Assembly (NCBI GenBank): GCA_019310665.1
Contig: JAFDDW010000015.1
Coordinates: 1-34,917, forward strand
Origin: Deltaproteobacteria bacterium
Lineage (GTDB): Bacteria; Desulfobacterota; Desulfobacteria; Desulfobacterales; JAFDCJ01
Direction of reading: 5' to 3'
Length of the DNA: 34,917 bases
In this document: piece by piece, positions 22,252 to 31,040 of the stretch
How the letters are laid out: the number at the start of each line of letters is the position of its first letter
How positions within the stretch are numbered: the first letter of the stretch is position 1
Notes under the pieces: model-generated
Database searches by the model: none
Told to the model about the DNA's origin: nothing
The model's input: the letters and a program-made list of their open reading frames with translations, nothing else
Position numbers and translations under genes: made by a program

Positions 22252-22398
22252 GTAACCCGAAATCCGTAACACGTAACCCGAAACCCGTAACACGAAACCC
22301 GTAACGCGCAACCCGCAACCCGTAACGCGCAACCCGAAACCCGTAACCCGAAACCCGTAACCCGTAACACGCAACCCGTAACGCGCAACGCGCAACCC
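22252..22398 (+). repeat. 21-unit degenerate heptamer tandem array GHAACVC
   Basis: gtaaccc gaaatcc gtaacac gtaaccc gaaaccc ... gcaacgc gcaaccc; exact 7-nt period, ending 5 nt before the oleC ATG. Confidence 0.92.
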
Positions 22399-22403
22399 GA
22401 AAT

Positions 22404-24074
22404 ATGAGCCCATTCGATCTAAATAACACCCATTCCGTTAATATTGCCTCCTATCTCAACCGGGTTGCCGAAACCCAGCCCTATAAACGCGCTGTCGTCT
22501 ATCCGGCAGGGCGGGATAAAAATGGTCGCATTGCCTATTCCCATCTGACTTTTTTACAGCTCGACCGGGAGTCGGACTATTTGGCCTATGGATTGGAAGC
22601 AGCCGGTGTCACCCGGGGAATACGAACCGCTTTAATGGTAAAGCCCAGCATCGAATTTTTCAGCCTGATATTTGCCATCTTCAAGACGGGCGCCATACCG
22701 GTAGTGGTGGATCCGGGCATGGGTATCCGCAGAATGGCGTCGTGTTTTAAATCAACCCGTCCGGAAGCATTTATCGGAATCCCCCTGGCCCATGTGGTTC
22801 GCACCGTTTATCCCGGCTTTTTTAAGACCGTCAAAACCTGGATCACGGTGGGTCGGCGCTGGTTCTGGGGCGGCTACACCTTGAAACAGATCCGACAATC
22901 CAGGCAACAGCCTTACACCATTGCCAAAACCGGTCGGGATGACACCGCGGCCGTGCTCTTTACAACCGGCAGTACCGGACCGGCAAAAGGCGCCGTATAT
23001 TCCCATGGAAATTTTGATGCCCAGCTCCAACAGATAAAAACGCACTTGCGAATGTCGGCCGATGAAATTGATCTGTCTACATTTCCGCTATTTGCGCTGT
23101 TTTATCCGGCCCTGGGAATCACCTCGGTCATCCCCGACATGGACCCTACCCGACCGGCGCTGGTGAACCCCGAACGCATCATCGAAGCCATCGATAACCT
23201 GGGGGTCACCAACATGTTTGCTTCACCGGCCCTCTTAAATCGCGTCGGCAGTTACGGCAAAAAAAACGGCGTGAAATTGCCGTCTTTAAAGCGCGTCATT
23301 TCAGCCGGAGCTCCGGTATCGGCTGATAATATCGAGCAGTTCAGCGCTTTGCTGGATGAAAACGCCGAAATTCACACCCCTTATGGGGCCACTGAAGCCG
23401 TCCCGATTATATCGATCACGAGCAAGGAGATACTTACCGAAACCCGTCAATTAAGCGAAAAAGGTTACGGGACCTGTATCGGACGTCCGATAAACGACAT
23501 CGATATCCGAATTATCAAAATCAGCGACGATCCCGTCGAAGAATGGTCCGATGATCTGATGGTTGTCCGGGGCGATGTCGGCGAAATCACCGTCAAGGGC
23601 GCTTTGGTCAGCCGACAGTATTTTGAAAACCACGCCGCCAACAAGCTGGGAAAGATAAGGGAAGGTGACGATATTATACACCGTATGGGAGACGTCGGCT
23701 GGATGGATCAAAAAGATCGCATCTGGTTTTGCGGCCGCAAAAGTCATCGGGTGATTACCGCCACCAGGACCCTGTTTACCATTCCCTGTGAATCCCTGTT
23801 TAATAGCCACCCGCGGGTATTCCGCAGCGCACTGGTCGGCATCGGCCCCCCTCCTCAACAGGAGCCGGTTATTTGCATTGAATTGCATAAATCCGACGAT
23901 GGTAAAAACAGAGCCCATTTAGAAAAAGAACTTCTTGAAATTGCCGCGGCCAATGAATTGACAAACGCCATAAAAACCATATTGTTTCACAAGGCGTTTC
24001 CGGTGGACATTCGTCATAATTCAAAAATATTTCGTGAAAAATTAGCTCGTTGGGCGGAGAAAAAATTAAAATGA
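22404..24074 (+). CDS. oleC: OleC beta-lactone synthetase (AMP-dependent ligase)
   Basis: FTTGSTGPAKG, TPYGATEA, HRMGDVG, C-terminal PVDIRHNSKIFRE characteristic of OleC. Confidence 0.92.
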   Translation: MSPFDLNNTHSVNIASYLNRVAETQPYKRAVVYPAGRDKNGRIAYSHLTFLQLDRESDYLAYGLEAAGVTRGIRTALMVKPSIEFFSLIFAIFKTGAIPVVVDPGMGIRRMASCFKSTRPEAFIGIPLAHVVRTVYPGFFKTVKTWITVGRRWFWGGYTLKQIRQSRQQPYTIAKTGRDDTAAVLFTTGSTGPAKGAVYSHGNFDAQLQQIKTHLRMSADEIDLSTFPLFALFYPALGITSVIPDMDPTRPALVNPERIIEAIDNLGVTNMFASPALLNRVGSYGKKNGVKLPSLKRVISAGAPVSADNIEQFSALLDENAEIHTPYGATEAVPIISITSKEILTETRQLSEKGYGTCIGRPINDIDIRIIKISDDPVEEWSDDLMVVRGDVGEITVKGALVSRQYFENHAANKLGKIREGDDIIHRMGDVGWMDQKDRIWFCGRKSHRVITATRTLFTIPCESLFNSHPRVFRSALVGIGPPPQQEPVICIELHKSDDGKNRAHLEKELLEIAAANELTNAIKTILFHKAFPVDIRHNSKIFREKLARWAEKKLK

Positions 24075-25093
24075 TGCCGGATGAATTTCTTGATAAACAC
24101 GAACCCGAAAAGGTTCTTGTCACCGGTGGCGGGGGCTTTTTGGGCCAGGCGATTGTCAATCGTCTGGTCAAAAGAGGTGATCATGTCCGGAGCCTGGCGC
24201 GAAATTTTTATCCGGAACTTGAAAAGATGGGAGTTGATCAGATCCAGGCAGATATATCCGATTCTGCAACGGTTGCCGCAGCATGTAAAGATAGAACGAT
24301 CGTATATCATGTCGCTGCCAAACCGCCCCCCTGGGGAAGATATGCAGACTACCATCAAACCAATGTGATCGGGACTCAAAACATCATCGACCGTTGTCTG
24401 GACCAGGAGCCATCCAGGCTTATCTACACCAGTTCCCCCAGTGTTGTTCATAATAGCCAGGACATCGAGGGCGCTGACGAATCCATGCCCTACCCCCAAA
24501 AATTTAGCAGCCACTATGCAAAGACGAAAGCCATGGCCGAACAGTTGGTTGTAAAAGCTTCGGGTAATAAACTTAAAACAATTATTTTGCGACCGCACAA
24601 AATCTGGGGCCCGGGTGACAACCAAATCCTTACCCGACTGGTTGCCAGGGCTAAAAAATTAAAACAAATCGGTGATGGTAAAAACCTGATCGACGTCACT
24701 TACATCGATGATGCCGCAGACGCGCATATCTTGGCCGCCGACAAGCTGAAGCAGCATCCGGATCTTTCCGGCAACATCTATTTCATCAGTCAGGGACAAC
24801 CGGTTCTTGCGTGGTACATGATTAATGAATTTTTAAAAGCAGCGGGGTGCCGCCCTGTTAAAAAATCGGTGCCCTTCCGGGTTGCCTGGGTCACCGGTGC
24901 CTTGCTGGAACTGGTTTACAAAATTCTCCATCTGTCAAAAGAGCCCTATATTACAAGATTTCTGGCCGAAACGGTTTCGCAATCCAACTGGTTTAATATC
25001 GACGCCGCAAAAAGAGACCTGGGATATGCCCCGAAAATCTCCATCCCCGAAGGCCTGCGCCGACTTAGAGAATGGCTGCCTAAAAAAATATAA
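24071..25093 (+). CDS. oleD: OleD NAD(P)H-dependent 2-alkyl-3-ketoacid reductase (3-beta-HSD-like SDR)
   Basis: VTGGGGFLG, YTSSPSVV, YAKTK, LRPHKIWGPGD. Start set at ATG 24071 by ATGA overlap with the oleC stop. Confidence 0.88.
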   Translation: MMPDEFLDKHEPEKVLVTGGGGFLGQAIVNRLVKRGDHVRSLARNFYPELEKMGVDQIQADISDSATVAAACKDRTIVYHVAAKPPPWGRYADYHQTNVIGTQNIIDRCLDQEPSRLIYTSSPSVVHNSQDIEGADESMPYPQKFSSHYAKTKAMAEQLVVKASGNKLKTIILRPHKIWGPGDNQILTRLVARAKKLKQIGDGKNLIDVTYIDDAADAHILAADKLKQHPDLSGNIYFISQGQPVLAWYMINEFLKAAGCRPVKKSVPFRVAWVTGALLELVYKILHLSKEPYITRFLAETVSQSNWFNIDAAKRDLGYAPKISIPEGLRRLREWLPKKI

Positions 25094-25118
25094 CCATTTG
25101 AAAAAAAGGAAAATTTTA

Positions 25119-25634
25119 ATGAAGCTAACCGATATTGCTCCCCAGGAAAAATGGGTGGAATTGGAAAGCCAAATCAATCAGCGATCCGGATTAGATGCCA
25201 ACCTGTTTAATATAGAAGGCTATCGGATATCGGACTGTAAAAACTGGGCCAACAGATTATGCCCGGAAATAAAAGCCACCGACAAAGGTCAAAGTTTTAT
25301 CTGCGCACCGGCACACATGAACATTGCCCACCAGGCAATGAAGACCAGAAAGGTGGTTATTGAGGAATGCGATGCGGGTCTCGTAAAAATAGTTGTACCC
25401 GTTTTCGTTGACGAAGAATTTGTGGGGGCCGTGGGGGCCTGCGGGTTTTTATTGGATGACGGCGAGGTCGATAGCTTTTTGATCAATAAAATGACGGACA
25501 TAGAAGAAGAAAAAATTGAATCCCTGTCCCTGGGGATACCTTCGATCACTAGCGAAAAAGCCGAATCGATAACCCAATATATTTCAGCGGAGGTTGACAG
25601 GATGATTGCCGATTATCGCGCCCGGAAGCAATAG
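25119..25634 (+). CDS. stand-alone PocR ligand-binding domain protein
   Basis: WANRLCPEIK...SFICAPAH...EECDAGLVKIVVPV three-Cys pattern. ATG 25119 preceded by AAGGA. Confidence 0.8.
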   Translation: MKLTDIAPQEKWVELESQINQRSGLDANLFNIEGYRISDCKNWANRLCPEIKATDKGQSFICAPAHMNIAHQAMKTRKVVIEECDAGLVKIVVPVFVDEEFVGAVGACGFLLDDGEVDSFLINKMTDIEEEKIESLSLGIPSITSEKAESITQYISAEVDRMIADYRARKQ

Positions 25635-25676
25635 ATCTGGGATTCCTGCTGATTTCCCAAATAACGGAGTCAATTT

Positions 25677-26231
25677 ATGAACAAAGTCATCCTCTCAGTT
25701 CTGGGACATGATCGCCCGGGGATTGTGGCGGCAGTTGCCAATATTCTCTTTGAAGGCAACTGCAATATCGAAAATGTCAGCCAAACCATCCTGAAAACGG
25801 AATTTGCCGGATTTTTTATTATCTCCATGCCGCCGGATCTTACCCAGGAAGAACTTCGCGAGGCGTTAAATGAAGGTTTAGCCGCCATGAACATGCATAT
25901 TCACATCGAATCCGTCTTGAAGCCGGAAGCGGGACTTTTTGCCAAAAACACCGAACCCTTTGTTATTACCACCAGAGGACCGGACCGCAAAGGGCTTGTC
26001 GCGGGCATCAGCGCCATCATCGCACACTATGGCGTCAATATCACCAATCTGCAGGCCGTGTTCAAAGGAGGCGATGACCCCGGTAACAATATTATGATAT
26101 ACGAAGTGGATATACCGGTTGATATCGACCGGCAGGACTTTAACCGGGCACTTAGAGCAAAAGCCGAGTCTTTGACGTTGAGCATCAGTATCCAGCACCG
26201 CAATATTTTTGAAACGATCAATCGGATTTAG
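25677..26231 (+). CDS. tandem ACT-domain protein (GcvR-like / UPF0237-related)
   Basis: Two ACT motifs, GHDRPGIV and GPDRKGLV. C-terminal QHRNIFETINRI. SD GGAG. Confidence 0.85.
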   Translation: MNKVILSVLGHDRPGIVAAVANILFEGNCNIENVSQTILKTEFAGFFIISMPPDLTQEELREALNEGLAAMNMHIHIESVLKPEAGLFAKNTEPFVITTRGPDRKGLVAGISAIIAHYGVNITNLQAVFKGGDDPGNNIMIYEVDIPVDIDRQDFNRALRAKAESLTLSISIQHRNIFETINRI

Positions 26232-26254
26232 GATCTTAATTGTAATTTTTTTGT

Positions 26255-26291
26255 ATTATGTGGCAAGATCTTTTTGTGTAAAAATCAAGTT
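26255..26291 (+). repeat. 37-bp inverted repeat A, left copy
   Basis: ATTATGTGGCAAGATCTTTTTGTGTAAAAATCAAGTT is the exact reverse complement of 28030-28066. Confidence 0.9.
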
Positions 26292-26315
26292 ATCCCAAGA
26301 AATGCTTAAAAACAG

Positions 26316-26534
26316 AATGCCTAAAATGCACTAAAGTGCCTAAAATTATGGTGTCGCTTCGCTCCGTCTTTTGTATAAGTCGTTGGCGCTGGCAGTATGG
26401 GAGGCCAGAAATCAGACCAATGAGATGACAACTTACCGTGAGTTTCTATTTTCATAAAATAGATAGAATACATTTACTTTAGGCATTTTAGGCAATTTAG
26501 GCACTTTAGGCATTTTCCGGTTTATCCGGGTTAG
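26316..26534 (-). repeat. core-plus-arms hairpin element with TGCCTAAAN nonamer arms
   Basis: TGCCTAAA units at 26318-26345 and TTTAGGCA units at 26478-26512. Carries both core motifs on the minus strand. 26441-26515 matches 28920-28994 inverted at 74/75. Confidence 0.85.
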
Positions 26535-26579
26535 GATAGAAGACAAAGAACGGAGGACAAAGGACAGGGGGAATAGCAG

Positions 26580-27953
26580 ATGTTAACTGATAGAGAAATC
26601 ATCTCGACTTTGGAGATGCTTGAAAATGAACACCTGGATGTGCGCACGGTGACGCTGGGGATTAATCTATTTGACTGTGCCAGTCACAACCCGGATAAAG
26701 TTAAAAACAAAATCTTTACCAGAATCACTCATTTGGCTGAAAATTTAGTTCCTGTCTGCGATCGAATCGGTGAGAAATACGGTATCCCGGTGGTCAACAA
26801 ACGCATTGCCGTCAGCCCGATCGCCATCGTGTGCGCTGCCCTTTCGTCATCACAGATGGTGGATATCGCCCAGACTCTCAACACAGTTGCGGAAGAAGTC
26901 AATGTTGATTTTATTGGCGGCTTTACGGCCTTGGTCCAAAAAGGCATTGCCCGCGGTGACCGGGCCCTTATCGAAGCCATCCCGCACGCGTTGACTGCCA
27001 CTGAACGGGTTTGCGCATCTGTCAATGTGGCTTCTACCCGGGCAGGTATCAATATAGATGCGGTGCTGCTCATGGGCAACACCATTAAGCAGGCAGCCAA
27101 GCTGACAGCTGAAAAAGATGGCCTGGCCTGCGCCAAACTTTGCGTTTTTGCCAACATACCCCAGGACACCCCTTTTATGGCCGGCGCTTACCTGGGTGTC
27201 GGCGAAGCTGACGCTGTTATTAATATGGGGGTTAGCGGACCGGGTGTGGTTAAAAAAGCGATCGATCGGGCCCTAGAAGCCAACCCTGATTTAGATTTAG
27301 GACAAATATCCGAACTGATCAAAAAAACGGCGTATAAAGTGACCCGCGTAGGTGAGCTAATTGGCAGAGAAGTAGCCGACAGCCTAAAAGTCCCTTTCGG
27401 AGTGGTGGATCTTTCTTTGGCCCCAACACCAAACGTCGGCGACAGTGTCGGAGAAATATTTCAGAGTCTGGGCCTTTTAAGTATCGGAGTCCCGGGAACA
27501 ACCGCCGCCCTGGCGCTTTTAAATGATGCCGTAAAAAAAGGCGGCGCCTTTGCCAGTTCCCGGGTCGGTGGTTTAAGCGGTGCCTTTATCCCAGTCAGCG
27601 AAGACCTCAACATTTCAGAGGCTGTCCGTAAGGGATATATCGGTCTCGACAAACTCGAGGCGATCACCAGTGTATGCTCGGTCGGATTGGACATGGTGGC
27701 CATTCCGGGGGATACGTCCGCTGAAACCATTGCCGCTATCATCGCTGATGAAATGGCCATCGGGGTCGTCAACAATAAAACCACGGCCACCCGTTTGATC
27801 CCGGTCCCCGGGAAAAAATCCGGTGACAGCGCCTACTTCGGAGGTCTTCTCGGTCAATCGACCATAATACCGGTAAACAACGCGCAAGCAGCAAACCGTT
27901 TTATCAGCCACGGCGGTTCAATACCGGCGCCCATACAGAGCCTGACTAACTAG
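26580..27953 (+). CDS. UPF0210/DUF711 ('PFL family') protein
   Basis: ENEHLDVRTVTLGINL, GIPVVNKRIAVSP, GVSGPGVV, DLSLAPTP, GGLSGAFIPVSED, SVCSVGLDM. Classic partner of the upstream ACT gene. Confidence 0.92.
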   Translation: MLTDREIISTLEMLENEHLDVRTVTLGINLFDCASHNPDKVKNKIFTRITHLAENLVPVCDRIGEKYGIPVVNKRIAVSPIAIVCAALSSSQMVDIAQTLNTVAEEVNVDFIGGFTALVQKGIARGDRALIEAIPHALTATERVCASVNVASTRAGINIDAVLLMGNTIKQAAKLTAEKDGLACAKLCVFANIPQDTPFMAGAYLGVGEADAVINMGVSGPGVVKKAIDRALEANPDLDLGQISELIKKTAYKVTRVGELIGREVADSLKVPFGVVDLSLAPTPNVGDSVGEIFQSLGLLSIGVPGTTAALALLNDAVKKGGAFASSRVGGLSGAFIPVSEDLNISEAVRKGYIGLDKLEAITSVCSVGLDMVAIPGDTSAETIAAIIADEMAIGVVNNKTTATRLIPVPGKKSGDSAYFGGLLGQSTIIPVNNAQAANRFISHGGSIPAPIQSLTN

Positions 27954-28029
27954 TCCGAGGATTGAGCTTAAAACTCGATTTGTCGGCTGTAAGGTGTGAG
28001 ATACTTATTGCTAAAAAGGTTTTGGATTA

Positions 28030-28066
28030 AACTTGATTTTTACACAAAAAGATCTTGCCACATAAT
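28030..28066 (-). repeat. 37-bp inverted repeat A, right copy
   Basis: Exact reverse complement of 26255-26291. Contains TTTACA-16-CATAAT facing the permease gene. Confidence 0.9.
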
Positions 28067-28084
28067 GCACAAAAATAATCTCTA

Positions 28085-28888
28085 ATGTACCACACGAACC
28101 TTAAATCGTCCCGGTTTTGGTCTGCGATAGTTGACATTATCAAGTATTTTCTGGTGATCGCGGCCATCACCTGGTTAATGTTAAACGGCACCGAAAAGCT
28201 TGGTTATAACTGGCAATGGTACCGGGTGCCGCAATATCTTTATGTTGTAACCGACGGCCAATTTATATCCGGACCGCTCCTCGATGGACTTATGGTGACC
28301 TTTCGAATCACAGCCATCAGTTTCGTACTGGCCTTTAGTTTAGGTTTGGTTACCGCCCTTCTGCGGCTGTCAAACTCACAAATAGGAAAGATTGTCTCCC
28401 GGGGTTACGTCGAAATCATTCGCAATACCCCCTTGCTGGTGCAATTGTTTTTTATCTATTTCGTATTGTCGCCCGTTTTCGATATCAGTGGGTTTACATC
28501 CGCGGTCCTTGCCCTGAGCCTGTTTGAAGGCGCCTATGCATCGGAAATATTTCGAGCCGGTATCGTCTCCATTCATAGGGGTCAATGGGAAGCAGCCTTT
28601 AGTATCGGTTTAAACACCTATCAGACCTATCGTCTGATTGTTTTGCCCCAGGCCATTCGACGTATTCTCCCGCCCTTGACCAGCCAGGCGGTTTCGTTGA
28701 TAAAAGACTCTGCTCTTGTCAGTACGATTGCTATCTATGATTTAACCATGCGCGGACAGACGATCATCGCAAAAACTTTCCTGGTATTTGAAATCTGGTT
28801 CACCGTGGCAGCCATATATCTGACGGTTACGCTGGCGCTGTCATTAACGGTGTTTTATATGGAAAAAAAATTTAAACTAGACTACTAA
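28085..28888 (+). CDS. polar amino acid ABC transporter permease (HisM/GlnP family)
   Basis: YVEIIRNTPLLVQL, EAA loop EIFRAGIVSIHRGQWEAAFSIGL, LIKDSAL. Confidence 0.92.
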   Translation: MYHTNLKSSRFWSAIVDIIKYFLVIAAITWLMLNGTEKLGYNWQWYRVPQYLYVVTDGQFISGPLLDGLMVTFRITAISFVLAFSLGLVTALLRLSNSQIGKIVSRGYVEIIRNTPLLVQLFFIYFVLSPVFDISGFTSAVLALSLFEGAYASEIFRAGIVSIHRGQWEAAFSIGLNTYQTYRLIVLPQAIRRILPPLTSQAVSLIKDSALVSTIAIYDLTMRGQTIIAKTFLVFEIWFTVAAIYLTVTLALSLTVFYMEKKFKLDY

Positions 28889-28994
28889 CCCGGACAAGCT
28901 GGGAAGTGCCTAAGAAAAGAAATGCCTAAAGTGCCTAAATTGCCTAAAATGCCTAAAGTAAATGTATTCTATCTATTTTATAAAAATAGAAACT
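28885..28994 (+). repeat. half copy of the nonamer-arm element
   Basis: CTAACCCGGA..., TGCCTAAAN x4, then AATGTATTCTATCTATTTTATAAAAATAGAAACT. Confidence 0.85.
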
Positions 28995-29022
28995 ACTAAT
29001 TACAGAAAAAAGGAGGTGTCCA

Positions 29023-29856
29023 ATGAAAACCAGCAGAACATGCACACTTATTGTCCTTATGTCAGTACTGTTCTTAGGCCTGGCAGGATCGTCGATTGCC
29101 GGAAAGCTCCAACAGGAGCTTGTCCAGGAAAGTGCTGTGGAGCAAATACTGAAACGAGGAACCCTTAAAGTCGGCATGTCGACTTTTGTCCCCTGGGCCA
29201 TGAAAGATAAAACCGGCAAACTTGTCGGTTTTGAAATCGATGTGGCCACCCGATTGGCGGAGGACATGGGGGTAAAGGTTCAGTTTGTACCCACCAAATG
29301 GGCCGGCATAATCCCGGCCCTGTTGACCGGAAAATTTGATGTCGTTATCGGCGGCATGAGTGTTCGACCGGATCGAAATTTGAAAGTGAACTTCAGCATC
29401 CCCTATGATTATGCCGGTCAATCAATAGTTGCCAACAAAAAACTGGCCGCCGGTTTCAGCAGCCTTCAAGATTTTAATCACCCGGATGTTGTCATTTCAG
29501 CCAGACTCGGATCAACCGCTGCCGACGCTGCCAATAGATTTATGCCCCGTGCCAAAAAGCGTTTATTTGACGATGAAGCCCAGGTCATCCAGGAAGTTGT
29601 CAACGGAAAAGCTCACGCTGCTGTGGCATCTGCGCCGCTACCGGCATTTCAGGCCATAAAATTTTCTGATAAGCTCTTTCTGCCGGTTCGGGGAACATTT
29701 ACCAAAGAGCCCATCGGATTTGCTCTGAGAAAAGGCGATTTTGACACCCTCAATTATTTTAACAACTGGATTCGAGTGGTTGAAGCCAAAGGGTGGCTGG
29801 CCGAACGCAAGCACTATTGGTTTGAGGCCAAGGACTGGGAAGGAATGCTTAAATAG
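29023..29856 (+). CDS. amino acid ABC transporter substrate-binding protein (SBP family 3)
   Basis: Signal peptide, GTLKVG, GKLVGFEIDVA, VNFSIPY. SD AGGAGG. Confidence 0.92.
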   Translation: MKTSRTCTLIVLMSVLFLGLAGSSIAGKLQQELVQESAVEQILKRGTLKVGMSTFVPWAMKDKTGKLVGFEIDVATRLAEDMGVKVQFVPTKWAGIIPALLTGKFDVVIGGMSVRPDRNLKVNFSIPYDYAGQSIVANKKLAAGFSSLQDFNHPDVVISARLGSTAADAANRFMPRAKKRLFDDEAQVIQEVVNGKAHAAVASAPLPAFQAIKFSDKLFLPVRGTFTKEPIGFALRKGDFDTLNYFNNWIRVVEAKGWLAERKHYWFEAKDWEGMLK

Positions 29857-29862
29857 TCAACA

Positions 29863-30104
29863 AAAGGTTCAAGGGTTCAGAGTTCAGGGTTCAAAGGTTA
29901 AAGATCGACGACAAATCAGAACGGGCATTTCTTGCTCTACCGTATGTGTTGAACTAGCTCTGTGGATATTCGTGAGCCCGTGCTCATTCAGGGTAAAAAG
30001 CATGAGAATAGATCGATTTGAGAATTTGGAGACCAAATAACCCAGAACCTCTGAACCCTGAACTTCTGAACCTATTTAAGCCTGAAACCTGACACCTGAA
30101 ACCT
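29863..30104. repeat. GGTTCA / TGAACC inverted repeat arms plus CCTGAMA heptamers
   Basis: aaggttc aagggttc agagttc agggttc aaaggtt ... agaacct ctgaacc ctgaact tctgaacc; cctgaaa cctgaca cctgaaa. Confidence 0.75.
30002..30040 (+). pseudogene. possible N-terminal stub of a four-helix-bundle (TIGR02436-like) gene
   Basis: MRIDRFENLETK* resembles the MKIxRFEDLE start of that family and sits between inverted repeat arms. Only 12 aa. Confidence 0.4.
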
Positions 30105-30118
30105 ACAGGGGATCCGGC

Positions 30119-31003
30119 TTGTTAAAACAAAAAACAAAATTTACCGCCACCGACCTGGTCCTATCCCTTTTGCTGCTTTCGGCCGTGATTTATGCGGGTT
30201 ATAAAATACACATCGGTTTCAGCTACAAGTGGAATTGGGGGGCAATCCCTCAATATTTCCTACGCTACGATGCGGAGATCAATAGCTGGGTACCGAATAT
30301 CCTTTTGCAGGGATTCTTCACTACCATCCGTTTGAGTATCTGGGCAACGCTCTTTGCTACGCTGATTGGGACCGTAATGGGCCTATTTCGGGTAAGCCAC
30401 AGTCTGTTTAAGCGACTGATCGGCGGAACGTATGTGGAGTTGATCCGAAATTTACCTCCCCTGGTAATTATCTTCATTTTTTATTTTTTTGTCGGAGATC
30501 AAATTCTATCTCTATTTGGCGTTGAAGAATTTATCAGAAACAGCAGTGAAGGCACCCAAGCCTTCTTTGAGGTTTTTTTTGCCCCCCCCGCTCTTTTTAC
30601 GGCCTTCCTGTCAGCCCTGATCACGCTGTCGCTATTTGAAGGGGCTTATATTACCGAAATTGTCCGGGCCGGCATTCAATCCATTGAAAAAGGACAATGG
30701 GAAGCGTCCGCGGCTCTGGGCTTTACCCGGTGGCAGCAGATGCGTTATGTTGTTCTTCCCCAAGCCGTGCAGCGAATTTTGCCGCCCCTGGCGGGCCAAT
30801 TCATCTCGACGATTAAAGATTCCGCTATAGTATCCGTGATCTCGATTCAAGAATTAACATTTCAGGCCATGGAGTTAATGTCCTCGACCTATCTTACTTT
30901 TGAAATCTGGATTACCATTACCGTCATGTATTTAATGCTTACCCTAACCTGTTCCCTGGCGGTCGAACGTCTCGAGGTATACATGCGTAAAAATTCGGCC
31001 TAA
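30119..31003 (+). CDS. polar amino acid ABC transporter permease
   Basis: YVELIRNLPPL, EIVRAGIQSIEKGQWEASAALG, IKDSAI. TTG start. Confidence 0.9.
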   Translation: MLKQKTKFTATDLVLSLLLLSAVIYAGYKIHIGFSYKWNWGAIPQYFLRYDAEINSWVPNILLQGFFTTIRLSIWATLFATLIGTVMGLFRVSHSLFKRLIGGTYVELIRNLPPLVIIFIFYFFVGDQILSLFGVEEFIRNSSEGTQAFFEVFFAPPALFTAFLSALITLSLFEGAYITEIVRAGIQSIEKGQWEASAALGFTRWQQMRYVVLPQAVQRILPPLAGQFISTIKDSAIVSVISIQELTFQAMELMSSTYLTFEIWITITVMYLMLTLTCSLAVERLEVYMRKNSA

Positions 31004-31040
31004 AAAACCCCGTGCATTTTAGGCAATAACCAATACGAGT

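Noticed and set aside
22252-22398. CRISPR array interpretation of the periodic tract
   Set aside because: Period is 7 nt with no unique spacers, and there are no cas genes in the window.
22204-22429. Minus-strand ORFs with RVTGYG repeats
   Set aside because: Translation by-products of the heptamer array, antisense to the ole operon.
19841-25093. Generic calls fabH, haloalkane dehalogenase, acyl-CoA ligase and 3-beta-HSD
   Set aside because: Gene order and specific motifs fit oleABCD better.
24882-25118. N-terminal extension of the PocR ORF
   Set aside because: Overlaps oleD out of frame; ATG 25119 has a ribosome-binding site.
26261-26277. Sigma54 promoter at TGGCAAG
   Set aside because: No GC at the required GG-N10-GC spacing.
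26252-28069. Autonomous transposon carrying the DUF711 gene
   Set aside because: No transposase or target-site duplication, and ACT plus DUF711 is a native conserved pair. The inverted repeats are reported as a finding instead.
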